A DNA stretch of 64,000 nt, taken from the NCBI RefSeq assembly GCF_002105155.1, contig NW_019029013.1, positions 1-64,000 of the forward strand, given 5' to 3'. This DNA is from Lobosporangium transversale (Eukaryota). Made by a program: the position numbers and the translations under genes. Under the pieces are notes generated by a model, which saw nothing but the letters and a program-made list of their open reading frames with translations, had not been told where the DNA came from and made no database searches. This document shows, piece after piece, positions 28,989 through 40,514 of the stretch (within the stretch, counting starts at the first letter, position 1; each line of letters opens with the position of its first letter).

Positions 28989-30250
28989 TTTTTTTTTTTT
29001 TTTTTTTTTTTTTTTTGATAACTGGGACCCACGAGATCGTGAGGATTTATTTGAAATAGACTATAAATGGGTTGCCCTATTACTAGGGGCGCAAATAAAG
29101 CGTTTTTCAATAATCGGTCTTAACCGCATCGTTGAACTGTCACTGTACAACATCCTATCCACAAACCACGTCAGCATGAGTGGTAACTCTTGATCCCTAC
29201 GGAACCTATGACGAACCCTGCTCCCTACTTGACCGGTTGTGCGCGAAAGTCATCTTCTAGCCGCAGTCCTCAATCATCAAAAAGCGACACCCTCCCAGCC
29301 GCTCCATTACTGTCAGTTCTAATTGTTGCCGATAGCTCCCTGCTACTCTTTGGTCAACTTCCGTCCTAATCGCTTTCACGTCAGCTGTTCGTCGTTGTCT
29401 CAGGGTAGGCCCTAAGAAATCACCTCTGCTACGTCTGTGCTGCCCAACACAGGTGCGTCCCCTGGCGCGTTTGTTCACAGAGGTGATGCCTTCAGTTCTT
29501 TCCCAGTCGACGGTGACTTTATACCGTCTGTTCCAGATCTCGGTCCTTCCGATTTCCTCGATAGCTTTGATGAATCTGCAAACCACATATTTTGCAATGG
29601 ATGCGGTTGTCTTGAAAGTATCTTTCCAATTCTTGACCATGTCTTTCGGTACCAATCCATGGTAAAGGTCTTGGACTGTCCTGATGGCTCTCTCGCCGTC
29701 GCCATCTTCATCCTCTCCGTCGTCGTAACACAATTCGCCCGCCTGTGGAATAGCAGCAGCTCCTCTGTACATGGCTTCTAATGACGCTCATATCACCTCT
29801 TCGTTTGCTGGCATGAACGTAGGTCCCTTGCCAACCTGTTTCTGTCCTGGTGCCTGTGCCCGACGCAACTTGTCCTCCCAAAGTTTCCTCTCCTTCGCTA
29901 GGCCCCTTTGTCCGTCGCAATTGATATTCTCAATCGCTCTTGTCCACCCTTCCAACTGTTTGTCGTCTGTGATAGGGCACTTCCAAAGGTGCTCTGTGTC
30001 CTCTCTTTCCAATTCACACATTCTGCAGATGTCTGTGTCATAGAGATCTGGTCTCTGCTGCTTCATGTAAGCAAGCGTTGGGAGCATACCATGTAACTTC
30101 TTGATCCTGTAAGCTCGTCGTTGGCAGTCAGTTGGACTGGTGAATAGCCCTCTTGGGGTGTTACCGTCGTGGATAATGTGCAGAGTCGCCTTCCAATCTC
30201 TTTCCAATCTGTGATGTAACGGCTGGTCCTGTTCTGCACACTCCAGGTTG
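28989..30250 (-). mobile_element. 5'-truncated non-LTR retrotransposon (LINE) fragment, copy 1
   Basis: Poly(A) tail at 28989-29016, then 3' UTR and ORF remnants 29257-30207 with Cys/His motif CRMC..EDTEHLWKC. Homologous to copy 2. Confidence 0.85.
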
Positions 30251-31082
30251 ATGGATCGGAGAAGAGTTTTTTTACAAGCGCCCTCAGTTTATTTTATTTT
30301 TTGATAACAAGGACTCTCAGGGTCATGGGATTTATTTTCTACACTCTATGAACAAAATGCTCCAGAAACTATAGTCAATAAACAGTTATTACTGCACAAA
30401 CGACAAGAGCCGCTGTATCCATGATTTCATAAACCTTGACCGCCGTGGTTGGTACTCAAAGTCCACCTTTCCGACGTGGCCTGTTGCGCAACGCGACAAA
30501 TTATCCGCTATCCATCGTCATCAAAAACTTCATTCCACCTAGCCGCTCCATCACGTCCAGTTTGGTTTTCCCAAGGTAACTGTCCTGGACTCGGTTATCC
30601 GCGATCTTGTAAATCTCTTTCACATTCAGTTTCTGTCTTTGTCTGAGGGAAGGGACATTGCTACTACGTCTGTGCTCCCCAACACAGTTGCGTCCTCTAG
30701 CGCGTTTGCTCATAGCAGTGATTCCATGAGCCTTTTCCCATTCAACGGTGACTTTACACCGTTTGTTCCAGATTTCTTTACGACCGAATTCTTCTATGGC
30801 CTTGACGAAGCGCCTTGCCATATATGTAGCTATCCTTGTTGTTGTCTTGAAGCCAACTTTCCAACTCTGAGCAATGGACTTGGGCGTAAGTCCATGGTAA
30901 ATGTCCTGCACAGACCAATCTGGTGTGTGCTCTATCTCTTCCTCATCCTCATCATCGCCGTTCCTATCACCATGGCGTCGTACTTCTCGAACACCATTGA
31001 TATGCATCTCCAGAGTCCCCCAAATGTAGTCCTCCTCTGCCGCAGTAAAAGTTGGCTCTTTTGTCCGTGGTGGGTCTACACC

Positions 31083-31252
31083 TGTTACGTCCTGAGGCTA
31101 GGGAGTGTACCCAAATGGAGCACTCCCCTTTTTATTCATAGATCAGAGCAATTAGTGACGGCTATGTTGGAGCCTATATAAGGCTCCGACCTAGCTAAAA
31201 TAATAAACAACTTTTGATCTCCTTGACTTCCGATTTACCATAAAACATTTCA
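31083..31252 (+). repeat. 5' LTR
   Basis: TGTTACG...CATTTCA; contains TATATAA and AATAAA. Confidence 0.97.
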
Positions 31253-31346
31253 TTTTTTCAAGGATCTACATAGAGTTACATCCATCCATTTTATCAATCC
31301 ATCCAACCATTTTTTTTTCCATAATTTCAATCCCTTTATTTCAATC

Positions 31347-34300
31347 ATGTCTAATATTAATAAAGTACCAATTAACGAAGATGTTGATATGGAAATCTCT
31401 TCACCAGAGAATGGCTCAGGCTTGACACCTGTCGAGCAGTTGAACTTATTGGTGGCTAGCCTGGTCGTAGATACGACGGAGAGTGTAGTCGAGTTCGGCA
31501 GTGATGCTGTTCCCGATATCGAGAATGTTACGATGCTTCTTCGAAGTTATAGACTTCAGAAGGAGGAGACACTCAGAAAGAAGGCATTGCTGTTCCTTAG
31601 GTACAATGATGCCAAATCAAAGTTAAGAAAAATTGACATTGATGAAAAGACACTTACCAAGGCCTTAGGCGATCTCGCTCAACAGAAGGCAGACATCTTG
31701 AAGGTCTTAGTAAGACAAACTGAAGACTTGAATAGTTCTATTGAACATATGGAGGAGGTCAGAAATGGCTTATCTTCAAGCGAGGACATTTCGATTGATA
31801 GATCGAGTGTGTCTGAAGCAGATAGTCACCGTATAACGGTGAAATGGGATCCTGCTAATCCCGAACATGACGCACTTCATCGAATCTCCAAAGAAGAGAA
31901 CATTCCTTTGATGGAAGATTCAGAAGAGGTAGACTATACCAAGGTCAAGAAGAAAACGTTTGCGGATGCGCCTATGCTTGATTTAGACGTGTCCAAGGTT
32001 CCCGGCAAGAATATGGTCAAGGAAATAGCAATCAGGGTTGTCACTTTCCGTGATGACTTTGAGAGGATATTCCGTCGTAACCTTTCTGATGTTCTTTTCG
32101 ACAAACTAGCATGGGATTACTTATCCCTCTGCGTTTCCAAAGTGTCCGGCCTGGCGCGAGACTATGACGATCTCATCAAGAAAGTGCCTCTTCAAGACAG
32201 GACCTGGTCTCGGGCAGTTACATGCTTGAATAAAGCTCTAAAGTTTGACATTCTAGGGGCTTACATCGCTGATATGGCGCTAGTTATGAGGCCTGAGAAG
32301 AATGACACTATTAGGTCGTTCGCGCAACGATTGCTACCTCTGGTTGAGGCAGCTGGAATCCCAGATGATGGCTGCTATATGCTCATCAAAGCTTTATGCA
32401 ATCATCTGTCCGACGTAGGATTTCAGGCTGTCATCAAGGAATTCGGCTCAGTGAAAAGTGTTAGCTCTTTGAAGGAGTTTCTAGAGTCCCTAGAAAAGAC
32501 ACCAGGTGCCTTAGGTGAGAAACGAACCGATGACGCCCATTGGTTTATCCAGAAGTATGGAGGAGACGCTGGAGAACAGTATTTGCGATCCATCAAGTCC
32601 AGATCGGAATACACTCCTAGAGAGGTTCCGAGATCTAGTCATAAAAGATCTCGACCTAATGCCAATCCGTCAAGTGATAGAGAAGCCAAGAAGGCTAAAC
32701 CATTCAAGGTCTGGTGTAAGGGAACGGAGAAGTGTAGGTCGAATCCGTACAAACATGCCCCGGAGGACTGTCGCTATGCTAAGGATCAAGTCAGAGATCA
32801 TTCTAAGGATAAGCCCAAGGACGTCAAGAGAACTGATGTGCGCAAGCCGCTTGCCTCAGTCAGTGCTTTTAAGAGGATTAGTGATAGTGCGCTCATAAGA
32901 GACATAATTCCGAATAAAGAATCCTTCTTTTCCTCGTACTCAATTGTTGAGAAAGCTTGTATCAAGCACCTAGGGGCTTTCAAAGGTCCCGCTCCTGGTG
33001 ATAATAGAATAGCTGTGCCTATATTTATAAACGGGCAACAATATACAGCATTGTTAGATCCAGGCGCCACAACTTCTTTGCTCAGTAAGGAAGTAGCCAT
33101 AGAGCAAGGTATTCGCTATGGTCGAGTACCAGGAGAATCTATAGCAATGATAGAAAAAGGGACTAGCACGGATAATGTCATTACTTGTGATAAAGTCCAA
33201 TTGGTCTGCAACAATAGATCTGGAGAATATCAATTGTCGGTCATGGACATTGAGTATTATGACTTCGTGTTGGGAATGGATCTCTTCGCTAGACTCGGCT
33301 TTTCCATCACGGGAATAGCCATGCCGGAGATACGAGAGGAGGAATCCCTATGGGTCCCATATGATGAAAAACCTCAAGTCATTCCGTCACAAACTCCAGA
33401 AAGAGAAAACAATGCTGAGTTCAAAGCATTGAAAGAAAAGTTCCTGTTAGCACTGGAGCCTTATTTACAGGCGAATGAAGCCATCTCGCCAAATTCATTT
33501 TGCAATCTTGATACAATGAAGGTCCAGCTAAAGGTTAAACCCACCTGTATCATCCAGGAAAGATCTCGCCCATTCCATTCGCAAATTGAAAAAGAAGAAG
33601 TGGAAAAGACCATCCAGAAGTGGCAAGAAACGGGTGTTATCGTTCCAGCACCTAAGGGGTGTCCGTATAATAACTCCCTGACAATGGCAGCACGCCGTGA
33701 CCTGGATGGTAATATTCTGAAATATAGAGTATGCCTTGATCCAAGAACGTTGAATCGTCAACTAGAGGATACTGATGTCTTCCCTCTACCATTAATCACT
33801 GATATCCAGCAGAGGGTAGCAGGGCATCTGTATTTCACCACAATTGATCTGTCTCAGGCGTATCATCGCATGCCTGTAGAGAAATCAAGCCAACCACTAA
33901 CTGCATTTACGTACGGTGGTAAGCAATATATGTTTGCTAGAGCACCTGTTGGTTTAAAACCCCTCACGAGTATCTTCCAAAGAGGAATGTCACAACTCTT
34001 AGATGATCTGCACTTTGCTGACAATTATGTGGATGACATTATTGTCTATTCGCACACAGCAGAGGATCATATTCTTCATGTCAGCATTGTCATAGAAAGG
34101 CTTACAGCTGCAAAGTTGATAATCAATAGAGAAAAGAGTAAATTCCTTAGTACAGAAGTGCTACTACTGGGGTTCATAATCAACAAAGAAGGACGCAAAA
34201 TAGATATCAACAAGGTTGCTAATGTGCATTCATGGACACCACCTACCAATAAGAAGATGGTTCAACGCTATTTAGGCCTCTTCAATTATTTTAGGGAGTA

Positions 34301-36421
34301 TATACCCTTGTACAGCTCGCTCACAGCACCTCTAGATGCCCTGCGCAATGCCAAAGGCACTTTTGATCTTAATAAGGAGCAAATGCGAAGCTTTAACAGC
34401 ATCAGATCGCTTATAGCCCAAGCTCCAGCCTTATCGTTCCCTGATTTTACTCAGCAATTCTTTGTAGCCACAGATGCCTCTAACGTAGGCATAGGAGCTG
34501 TCCTATATCAGCTACCAGGTGGCAAGGAAGATGAAACCAAGGTCAACTACATATCCTTTCAAGCCAGAGCATTGCATAAGCATGAGAAAAATTACCCAGC
34601 TTACAAGAAGGAACTCTTAGCAATTATTTTTGCACTAATGAAATTTCACCATTACCTTTGGGGAAGAAGATTTACATTATATACTGATCACAGACCTCTG
34701 ACGTACATTCATGAACAGAAGGAGTTGCCACAAATAATCCTGAATTGGAAGGCCACTCTGCTCAACTATGATTTTGAATGTATTTATCGTCCAGGCCTGC
34801 TGAACATTATTCCAGACGCATTATCTCGCGCATTTCCTGAGGAATTGTGGAAGTCTCCTAAAGAAGAACAAGTTAAATGTTCTACGAGTCGGCAGATTGC
34901 TTCTATGAGGCGAGGAACAGAGACTACCGAGAATGTTCAGGCAGCTCCACAGTCATCTAATTCGCAGCAGCTGCCTTCCACTCTACAGGTTATTGATATA
35001 ACTGCTCCTTACTCTCATCAACTTCAGTTGGAGGATGCTTCTAGAAAAATCATCCAAGATCCTGAAGAAAAGCTTCAGCATCTTCGCCTAGCACACGAAT
35101 TCGGTCATCCTGGAGGAAATGCCATGGTTACTGCTATCCATGCTAAAGGCTTTACTTGGCCTAAATTGAGAGATGATTGTCTCAAATGGGTTAGCCAATG
35201 CGGACCATGCCAAAGATTCAACATAGCTAGAAAGGGGTATCATCCTTTAACTGCCATACATGCCAGACTCCCAGGGGAACACATAGCATTCGATTTAGCC
35301 TCATTTGAAACCAGTTCCAGGGGTAATAACTACGCTTTAGTAGTGGTTGACATCTGCACAAGATTTGTATTCCTGGAGCCTCTGCCTGATAAGGAAGCCA
35401 TTACGGTGGCCAGCACCCTCTTCAAGCTATTCTGCTCTATTGGATTCCCTAAAATTATCCAAACTGATAATGGCACTGAATTCGTCAATGGAGTGTCACG
35501 TCTCATAACGCAAAAGTTGCAAATAGAGCATAGACTCTCCACGCCATATCATCCACGCTCGAATGGTGTAGCGGAGAGGTTTGTCCGCACATTTAAGGAC
35601 ATCCTCAGAAAACAACTCGAAGGCATACAGAATGATTGGGACATCCATCTTCCAATGGTTCAGCTCCAAATGAATACTAGAGTCGCGAGTCTACATCATT
35701 CAACGCCATTCTCATTATTCTATGGACGCTCATTTGCAGGACTAACGGATTTTTCCTCAGCCGAGTCACATCTCCTGTCTGAAGAAGAATTACAGAACAG
35801 ATTGGAATATCTCACCGCGTTAGTTTTCCCTGCTATCGATGATAAGAGTTCTGACACGCAAAAAAGAATGGTGGAGAAATTCAACAGGACACACAAAATC
35901 CTTCAGTTCCCACCTGGAGCGTTTGTCATGGCGAAAGAAGAATTGCCCAATGGTAAATTAGCACCTAAATACCAAGGCCCATACAAGTAGTGGCTCGTAC
36001 CGAAAATGGTGCCTACACTCTGCTAGACGCTACCAACCAGAAATTGGCTCGTAATTATGCTCCGAGCCAGCTCAAAATGGTCACTCAAGCTCTTGATGCT
36101 CCCAGTGAAGAGTCGTATGAAATAGAGTCTATCGTTGACCACGAACTCACGGGAAAAGGAATGATGTATACTGTAAAGTGGAAGGGCTATGACTCCTCAT
36201 ACAACGAGCAAATTCCCTATGAGAATTTTGACTCGGACATCATCATTCGTCAATATTGGAAGAACCTAAGACAGCAAAATCCTCATATTAATGACAGAAA
36301 GAGGAAGAAGCAGCAAAAGAATAACGCATCAGAGTCAACAAGACTTCTTAAGAGGAAGCAGAGACAACTCACCCATAACCAGACCAAACGGCACAAGCGT
36401 CATGTAGCGGCAAAGCTGTAA
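31347..36421 (+). CDS. Gag-Pol polyprotein (Gag, protease, RT, RNase H, integrase, chromodomain) with one frameshift at ~35987
   Basis: Zn knuckle variant CKGTEKC..H..C, protease LLDPGAT, RT YVDD, RNase H TDAS, integrase H-H-C-C and D,D,E, GPY motif. The chromodomain (YEIESIVDH..YTVKWKGY) is in the shifted frame 35990-36421. Confidence 0.95.
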
Positions 36422-36578
36422 AGTGCAGAGAGCTGTTATATTAGTAGGGTTGAGATAACTGGAGTTTTTGTACAAATAAGTTTTCTCCAGTATGAAGAAA
36501 AGAGAGCACACACTCGTCCTCATTTCAATATTTTTTTTTTTTTTTTTTTTTGCAACGCAACAGTCAACAAATTTCAAT

Positions 36579-37215
36579 TTAGCAACCATCAACTTTATTC
36601 TTTCCCTTGCAGCATTTGCAACTAGCAACTGGATGTGATGGCAACTGAGAGTTAAGAGAATCTACAACTTTCTCTACCCGTATGCGCATAGTCTTATACT
36701 TCTCTGATTGCTTGCGCAACTTAGTATACTTCTTGTAGAGGCGTTCATACCTCTTAGCCCATGCGAATTCTCTTTGGAGGCGGCTCTTCGCGGAATCATC
36801 GCCACTCTCCGCCATCAAACGTCTTCTCTCCCCAAGAGTCGTGCACACTCCACAGCTTGACAATTCTGCTTCACTGCTTTCGCTGCCTGATGACTCTTCA
36901 TCACCAGAGGGCTCCTTTCGCTTCCTGATAGGACGAGGTCCTGGGATTTCCAGAGAGGCTGATCGGCTCCGTGCCTCTGGGTGGTAAAACTGATAGTGTG
37001 CCTTTTTCCAGGCACGAGTCTCCTCGTCACTATCCCACAGATCCTCCTCACCCTCATAATCCTCGTCGTCCTCAGCGTCATAGCTGCTCTCTTCCTCAGT
37101 ATCTCCTTCGAAGTTACTGCGATGAAAGCTCCGTAGGGATAAATTCATAGTCCTCATACTCATGTAGAGTTGAAGAGTCAGACAGGGGGGAAGAGGGAGA
37201 ATTGTTAGAAGGCAT
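36579..37215 (-). CDS. Antisense accessory ORF inside the Gypsy element (acidic, basic/coiled-coil, Cys pairs), probably frameshifted
   Basis: MPSNNSPSSPLSDSSTLHEYEDYEFIPTELSS, then a frame change near 37118 into FEGDTEEESSYDAEDDED...CGVC...RYERLYKKYTKLRKQ...CKCC. Confidence 0.5.
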
Positions 37216-37783
37216 ATTGATAATTGTCTGCTGATGGCTGTTATAAGGAAAGTAAGTAATGAGTATGTGTCCCTGCAAGAAGGTGTTTGAGTAGCAAAAG
37301 TGAATACTGAGGAATGAAGGAATGAGTGAGCGTTTGAAGTTTCCAATCTTCATTCCTTTTGACCTTAATCTTCTTCAGTTGCTTCGTGAATCCTGATTCG
37401 TCCTTCTGGGGAAGTGGATGGCGTGATCTTTTTGTGATCCCTGTTTGACAAAGGACCAATGAGATTTCTACATTTTTGACATGCTGAATAATTACTACCC
37501 ACATCTCCTGTATGACACATCCTGATCCAATGGCTGTTATATTTCCATGATCCATTTGCTGACATTACTTTTTGAGATAAAGTCTCTCTCTAATCACAGA
37601 AAAGAAATATCAAAACAAGTTTTAAGAATAGACACTGTGAAGTCTCACGTGAGGTTTAAATTTTTGTCCTCAAGAGGTTTATTTTTTTTCCTCCTACCTT
37701 TCAACAACAAGAGGTTTTTCTTATTTTTCCTCAAGGCCTTTAGACAAGACGCCAAAAACCCTACATAAAATCTGGGGGGGAGT

Positions 37784-37953
37784 TGTTACGTCCTGAGGCT
37801 AGGGAGTGTACCCAAATGGAGCACTCCCCTTTTTATTCATAGATCAGAGCAATTAGTGACGGCTATGTTGGAGCCTATATAAGGCTCCGACCTAGCTAAA
37901 ATAATAAACAACTTTTGATCTCCTTGACTTCCGATTTACCATAAAACATTTCA
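37784..37953 (+). repeat. 3' LTR
   Basis: Matches 31083-31252; preceded by the polypurine tract. Confidence 0.97.
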
Positions 37954-38761
37954 ACACCTCTCTCCCTGGCCCTTTGTGCTTGCTCCTACACTGCTTTCAA
38001 CTCTTTCCTCCATGTGCTCTCCCCTATCACATTCACATTTTGGATTATCTCCTTCCACTTCTCGGCCTGAGTCTTCATCGTCCTTGGACACTTCCAGATG
38101 TGCGATGTGTCTTCATCCTCTGTCCCACACACTCTGCAGTTGCCGTCGTCATAAAGGTCCGGTCTCCAGTGTCTCATATATGAGTGTGTAGGCAGCATTC
38201 CATGAAGTTTCTTGATTCTGTGCGCTCGCTTTTGACAGTCCGCTGGGCTGGTGAAGAGTCCTTTTGGTAGGTTGCTATCATGAACAATGTTCATAGTAGC
38301 TCGCCAATCAATTTTTGTCCAATCCTTAACATGCTCCTGCGTCCTGTTCTGGGCGATCCAAGTGTGATGTGTACGAGTTGTTGACTGTAACTTAAGGATC
38401 TGCCTTAAGTCATCTTCGCCGGTACACCGTTGAACTTTGCATGGCAGTACATGTCATTATGCTCCGTTATGTTGATATCCCATAGCTCGCCATAATGTCC
38501 ATGTTTTGCTGCTTCGTCCGCTTCTTCGTTCCCTCTGTTGCCGGCATGTCCTTTGACCCATTCAACCGTGACTTCCTATCCTTGTTGAATAAATGCGTTG
38601 TGTATAGCTGCCCACCATACTGCATACGGTGACCTAATACGTTGCCGCATCGTGCTGTCTACTCTGCCTCGGACCAATGTTCGGAATTGAGTCACAACTG
38701 CGCTGTTATCAAGTCGGATTGCCATAGGTCTGTTTCGTGGGCTGATAAGTATTCCTGCCAA

Positions 38762-39441
38762 TTTTTTTTTTTTCTTTTTTTTTTTTTCCTGTTAACAAGA
38801 ACCCACAGAGGTGAGGAATTTTATTTCATAATCTCGCTCTAAAGTAATGATATCGCCCTCAACTATGAAACAAGCGAAACTCTCAAAGTTCGCACGGGAT
38901 GGCTGTAAAGAGCCAATTCGTATCCATGTTTTTCTCTACCAATGTACACCGTGATCGGTACTCGAAGTCCATCCTTCCGATGTGGCCTGTTGCGCCCGTG
39001 AAAAGCCGCGGAGGCTGGCGTGCCGACTCTAGCTAAGGACGACTTTTAATTTTTTCTATCAAATCCACTGGCATGTGGACCCAAATCTTGCGGGATTGGT
39101 CTGAAATTTCTACTTTGGGCTCCGTCAAACTTTGTGATCATCGCTGTCCTAGTCAAGTGGGTGGATGGGGGGATGTGCTGCCAGATGTACCGCTGGTTCG
39201 GCTGGGGGGTGGAATATATACCTAAGACATGTGGCCAGCCAGGCGACTTAGGGTAGTGCACCCACGATCTTAGCCTTAGCGGAGAACACTAGGCTGTCTC
39301 GGAGAGAAAGTATAAAAACTCAAGCAAATTCCTGACCTGGCACATGTTTGCTTCACTTTATGTGCCTTAACCAGGACTCGAACCCGGCCCCTGGGCTAGA
39401 CAGGAGGGTGCCCTGACGAGTATACTACTCAGCCATTGGGC
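38762..39441 (-). mobile_element. tRNA-derived SINE
   Basis: 20-bp TSD CTGATAAGTATTCCTGCCAA at 38742-61 and 39442-61. 5' head with A box TGGCTGAGTAG (39435-25) and B box GGTTCGAGTCC (39384-74). 3' tail homologous to the LINE 3' UTR; poly(A) at 38762-38787. Confidence 0.88.
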
Positions 39442-39603
39442 CTGATAAGTATTCCTGCCAACAAACCAGCGGAAAACTTTTTTTTTCCTAAAAGTTTCTC
39501 AACGTCATGTGACTCATAATTTGGTAATCTACTTTAGATAATTCCTAAAACCGAAGATTTCATCGGATGCCGAGCCAATAGGCTCTCTCCTCCGTGTTAT
39601 TAT

Positions 39604-39675
39604 GGTCTACTGGCCCAATGGAAAGGCGTCTGACTACGAATCAGGAGATTGCAGGTTCGACCCCTGCGTAGATCA
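39604..39675 (+). tRNA. tRNA-Arg(ACG)
   Basis: Acceptor stem GGTCTAC/GTAGATC, anticodon arm TCTGA-CTACGAA-TCAGG, T arm GCAGG-TTCGACC-CCTGC, downstream T-run. Confidence 0.95.
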
Positions 39676-39781
39676 TTCTCTTTTGTATTGAATAGGTGCC
39701 TACACCGTTTTCTTTTCGTGTTTTTGATTGCAATCATTATCCTCGTAGCCATGATCCAGATGTAAGACCTCTTTTTATCTC

Positions 39782-40492
39782 GGATTAATCTATTTGGCAG
39801 CCCAGTTGCTAAATATTATTTGGCAGCCCATACCAAATATAGTAATTTTTGCCTCTATTTGGCAGCCTACTTCTGGGGGCTGCCACTTAACTTCGCACTC
39901 TTGGGTGGCAGCTGGGCTGCCAAATACATTACTTTTTTTTTTTTTTTTTTTTTGATAAACAGGGTCATAACATCAGTGGTAAAACAAGCAGCGTTCTGTG
40001 GATACATTGCCTTGCACAGCTAATGCCGCCGGAGGTACTAAGGGCAGCGGCGATGACATCTTCACAAAACAGCCTTCAATGTACACGGTTAGGGAATGAT
40101 TTATTGAAGACGTCTAGGTAGTAGGTGAGACGCGTTTGCTCCGAGCGAAAACCTCTCATAGGCATTGATCTCCAAATGGCACCTCCAAAACTGTATGAGC
40201 GACCTACTTGAAAAAAAAAGTCATTAGTTTTCTAAATGAGACAAGACAATGTCACTACACATAACTATGACGTAGAAGACGGGAGCTTTATTAATTTGAA
40301 GTATGAGCGTTATAAACATATACGGTTCCTAGGAATGAAAAAAAAAAAAAAAAAAAAAAAAAAATAGTTAGAGGCCAAATAACGCTGGGTAGGCTGCCAA
40401 GTAAATAATGAATGTTATTTGGCAACTGGGCTGCCAAAGAGAGTCTTGAAAGTTGATTATATTTGGCAATGGGCTGCCAAATAGATTAATCC
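39782..40492. mobile_element. Mutator (MULE)-type non-autonomous element 1
   Basis: TIR GGATTAATCTATTTGGCAGCCCA. 9-bp TSD TTTTATCTC at 39773-81 and 40493-501. Subterminal TTTGGCAGCC repeats. Confidence 0.9.
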
Positions 40493-40514
40493 TTTTATCT
40501 CTTCTGACCGAGAA

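Larger units (their letters stand above)
31083..37953 (+). mobile_element. Full-length Ty3/Gypsy chromovirus LTR retrotransposon
   Basis: 170-bp LTRs (TG...CA) at 31083-31252 and 37784-37953, identical by eye. 5-bp TSD ACACC at 31078-82 and 37954-58. Polypurine tract GGGGGGGAG before the 3' LTR. gag-pol ORF present. Confidence 0.98.
30288..39475 (-). mobile_element. 5'-truncated LINE with RNase H domain, copy 2, interrupted by a Gypsy element and a SINE
   Basis: Pieces at 30288-31082, 37959-38761 and ~39462-39475. RNase H motifs AIRLDNSAVV and VEWVKGHAGNRGNEEADEAAK. Cys/His motif CRVC..EDTSHIWKC. C-terminus homologous to copy 1 (QDIYHGL..WK..FKTT..IA.Y..RF.KAIEE.GR.EIWN). Confidence 0.85.

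Noticed and set aside
39362..39441. Second tRNA gene
   Set aside because: The cloverleaf is imperfect and forms the head of a TSD-bounded, poly(A)-tailed element, so it was called as a SINE.
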